DNA of 64,000 nucleotides from NCBI GenBank assembly GCA_001662655.1, contig KV460214.1. The stretch is one strand, 5' to 3'. The translations under genes and the position numbers were made by a program. A model generated the notes under the pieces. The model saw only the letters and a list, made by a program, of their open reading frames with translations. It had not been told where the DNA came from and ran no database searches. Every line of letters begins with the position of its first letter. Position 1 is the first letter of the stretch. This document shows positions 60,467 through 64,000 of this stretch, one piece after another. The stretch is from Pseudogymnoascus verrucosus. Taxonomy: Eukaryota.

Positions 60467-61928
60467 TCGTGGCAGGTTGTGGCGTCTGTACCTGGTATCG
60501 GGAAATATCCCTACCTTACCACGGCTTATTCTACAGAAGTGGTACATTTGTATAATACATACCCAGCCGTCTCATCTACCTTCCCCACCTTTCGAAGAGA
60601 AGGTGGGAGGGTTGACGGCCTATTGTATTTTAGTCTTCTCAAATACGTTTTTTTCGTTCTTCTTCTCTCTTTTCGTCTTGCATATGGACTCGGGGATATT
60701 GTCGTCTCATTCAGCGTCTTTACGTTCTTTTTTTGTTTTTCTGTTTGGTTTGGTTGTTTTTTGCGTGGTTATGGAGGGGTCAGGCTCATGATGGATTTTG
60801 AACATGCTCCTTGGGCTGGAATGGCTTTTTGCTTGCTTTTCTCTTCTTTCTGTTCTCATTTTTTTTGGGTGGGTGATGAGTTTTTGTGCATTTTTTGGAG
60901 GAAATATGGGAACGCGGGGGACGGACGAGAATGAAGATGAGAAGTTCTGCTACCGATTGATCGATTGGCGAGTGGGAAGGTGCCTGGCAGCGCTGGGAGC
61001 TTGGTTCTTGTGGCATATGCAGGCACTGGCAGTGGAGGGTTTAGGATAGGATAGTAGGATGACGGGGAGGTTTGGTTTGTTAATACCCCATCTGGAGAGA
61101 AGGGTGGGTGGACAAGACAAGACAAGACAGACAGACAGACAGAGAGACAGACGGATGGACAGAATGAATGAAGGAAGGAAACAAAATTACAATTATTTAA
61201 AATTACAACCCTTCCATTGATGAGGCGGCTGTGAATGTGAGGCTCGGGGAATTGAGTGGGTGAGTTAGTGAGTGATTCTTTGTCTGTAAACAAGCAAGAC
61301 CTGTACTCCGCCATGTCCGTATCACTGGGGAATCTTACATGCAGGTTGATATGCAGCCTCAATTTGACTCACTTTGGCGGGCCGGCGGGCTTAAAATTGT
61401 AGTAAATCTGTGACTCCTCCCATATCCCCGTAATCTTATATTATTAGAAATTCAACAAAGCTTACTACGTTCAATCTTTTTAACATTCCCAATCCCGCCT
61501 AGATCCCTTTTCGCCATCATAATTCGTCATCCCCTTGCATCCTGCGGCGTAGAGTCACAAAAAAGAGTTCTCCAGCCACAGTCCTTTGCCTCATTAGCTG
61601 GCTTAGCCTGTTAGTCACCCACCCACTACGCCACCGTGCCCGCCCCACACCCTTTCCTCGGCTTAGCGTCATCGGTCCTTCGCAATTCTTCGCTATCAGA
61701 AAGCCTAGGCGGGCAGAAAAAAGAAAGAGAGCGATAATAGTTTAAGTATCGCACTATCGTCTGCTCGTTGCATTACCAATAAAATCACACCAAAATCACC
61801 AACGACCACAACAACAACGACACAAACTTCACGAACTAGAAGTTTGACGACTGCAACTACTGTTCGAGAAGGACATAGACAAGATAGACAATATACTAGA
61901 CCAGCAGCTACATAATCTACCACCGAAT

Positions 61929-62961
61929 ATGGCTGTCCGCGCGCAGTTCGAGAACTCGAATGAGTAGGTGTACCCCGCCATGAGGCTGCTCTTTGCGATG
62001 GAAGAAAGGAACACACTCGACGCATGGAGATGGTTGCGCATACGATGAGGAGGAGGATAGTAGCTAACGAGATGATAGGGTCGGAGTCTTCTCCACGCTC
62101 ACAAACTCATATGCTCTTGTTGCCGTTGGCGCGAGCGAGAACTTCTACAGGTAAGCTTTTGAACTTTACGCTGTGTTTGCATCCCCCACCCCACCACCAC
62201 CAGCACCACCAGTTGCGCATATCTCTGCCACTGCCTCTCGAAGTCTTCGACCTACAATCCAGCATTTCCCACAAATCCCACAAATCCACAAAGCCACACA
62301 CATCACTAACACGCTCTCCCCCCACAGCATCTTCGAAGCCGAGCTCCAAGACGTCATCCCCATCTGCCACTGCACCATCGCCGGCACACGCATCATCGGG
62401 CGTCTCACAGCCGGAAACCGCAAAGGCCTCCTCGTCCCCACCAGCACGACGGACCAAGAGCTGCAGCACCTGCGCAACAGCATCCCCGACAGCGTGAAAA
62501 TCCAACGCATCGAAGAGCGTCTCTCGGCTTTGGGGAACGTCATCGTATCCAACGACCACGTCGCGCTGGTCCACCCAGACATTGAGAGAGAGACGGAGGA
62601 AATCATCGCTGATGTCCTAGGCGTAGAGGTGTTCCGCCAGACGATCGCGGATAATGTCTTAGTCGGGTCATACATGTCGTTATCGAACCAGGGCGGGCTT
62701 GTGCATCCGAAGACGAGTATCCAGGATCAGGATGAGCTGAGTAGTTTGTTGCAGGTGCCGCTTGTGGCGGGGTCGATTAATAGGGGAAGTAGTGTGGTGG
62801 GCGCGGGGATGGTGGTGAATGATTGGCTTGCGGTGGCGGGGTTGGATACTACGGCGACGGAGCTGAGTGTGGTGGAGAGCGTGTTTAGGTTGGGAGAGGG
62901 GATGGCGCCGGGGATGATTAATACGAGTCTTAAGGATACGATGGTGGAGTCGTTTTACTGA
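61929..62961 (+). CDS. TIF6: Translation initiation factor eIF6; exons 61929-61963, 62079-62150, 62328-62961
   Basis: [48 protein letters not shown] and [15 protein letters not shown]. Confidence 0.97.
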
Positions 62962-63578
62962 TCTGGGAGCCGCGGTGCGGGGGATGAAAAGTTTGGGTTG
63001 GGGGTGCTTGGTTTTCTCGTTTTGGTGGGGAGAGGGATGAAAGGGATAAAGGGGTGGATTGATTACCTTGACCTATGAGGATTGGGGCGGTGGTATTCGT
63101 TGGGGATGCTGAGTTTTGAGCGGTATTGCTCTGCCCTAGACGGTGTTGGCGTGGATAGATAGACGCATATCCTGCGCCCGAGAAGAGAAACCTTTTGACC
63201 CCGTTTACTACATGCATGCATTTACTCTGCTGTGATTTTGTGTGCAAAATAAGCTTCCTGCGCATGTGTGTTTGTCGGTATATGTGATTTATAAGACCCA
63301 ACCAGCTATTTTCATTGTGGGAGGGGACAGCCAAGTCTTATGCACAGTATCAGAATCACCTTTATTCCCACCTCCAACCTCTCCACATACTTCTTCAATA
63401 TAAACAATAACCCTCTTTATCCAAGAACAGCAAATTCACACCCCCGTCTTAAATCATTACCGCCCCTCGCCAAGCCAATTATCCTCCGCCAACCAACACC
63501 CCCAATCGCCACCCGTCTCACATCAACAACACACCAGCCACATACCTCCACCACGCATCCACCGCCTCACAACCTGCA

Positions 63579-64000
63579 ATGCCACCACCCCGCACCACAG
63601 TCCCAGACTCAGACGCAGACTCCTCACCCACCTCAGCATCTACCTCCCCAGAACCCCTAGCCCCGCCCTCAACAACCATTGCACTGGGGACGTCGAGAAA
63701 GCGTTCCGCGTCCCCTGACCCCAGCTCTGCGGATGGGGATGATGTATCAAAGCATGTCCCAAGAGCAGTGGATGCAGTTCAAGGACCCTCAGTTGGCGCA
63801 GCAAATACTGATGAAGGGACTACAACGGCCCTGGAGCTGATGAGCGAAGAAGCGAGGGCGGAGGAGAAGAGGGTGAAGCAGATTGTGAGTCCTTCCGCTG
63901 AGAACTGGGTGGAGAGGAGATACTAACGAAGCAGGAGGCGATCAAAGCGCGCAACAAGGAATTAACCGCTGAAGTGGAAGCTATGGAAGCAAAGCTTGCG
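63579..64000 (+). CDS. Gene running off the right edge: disordered N-terminus then coiled coil; intron 63885-63934
   Basis: GTGAGT...ACTAAC...CAG intron followed by in-frame EAIKARNKELTAEVEAMEAKLA. Too truncated to assign. Confidence 0.65.

Noticed and set aside
63579..64000. Swi5/Sae3 assignment for the last gene
   Set aside because: The architecture is compatible, but the diagnostic C-terminal domain would lie outside the window.

Overview
Eukaryotic DNA from a filamentous ascomycete: short GT-AG introns with CTRAY branch points and Pezizomycotina-type genes (the taxon cannot be fixed from the sequence alone). The window has about 24 supportable protein-coding genes. The conserved housekeeping genes are an aldehyde dehydrogenase, an SMP-30/gluconolactonase, a Mup1 permease, Set2, Aos1, Bmt5, Bdp1, Bre1, SARAF, PIG-X/Pbn1 and eIF6. 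There is also a bZIP factor, two AT-hook proteins and a HeLo-like/NACHT/ankyrin NLR. The segment at about 12-20.4 kb looks like an accessory island. It holds four divergent small genes sharing the skeleton M-C-x8-C-x(1-3)-H-x(7-9)-C-xn-C-x13-C-x2-C with different C-terminal tails (two CaaX boxes, one RRES-repeat plus amphipathic helix). It also holds a small secreted 8-Cys protein, a GT-B/GT9-like glycosyltransferase, a 427-bp Tc1/pogo-type MITE and a tRNA-like A/B-box element. Three separate intergenic arrays (12.1, 23.5-24.1 and 53.8-54.3 kb) share the half-site GGAAG-N3-CGA, and two of them build the same 39-bp dyad GGAAG-N3-CGA-N17-TCG-N3-CTTCC. A fourth array with a period of about 160-185 bp follows at 54.4-55.5 kb. 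All exon boundaries and family assignments were read by eye and need confirming with HMM searches and RNA-seq.
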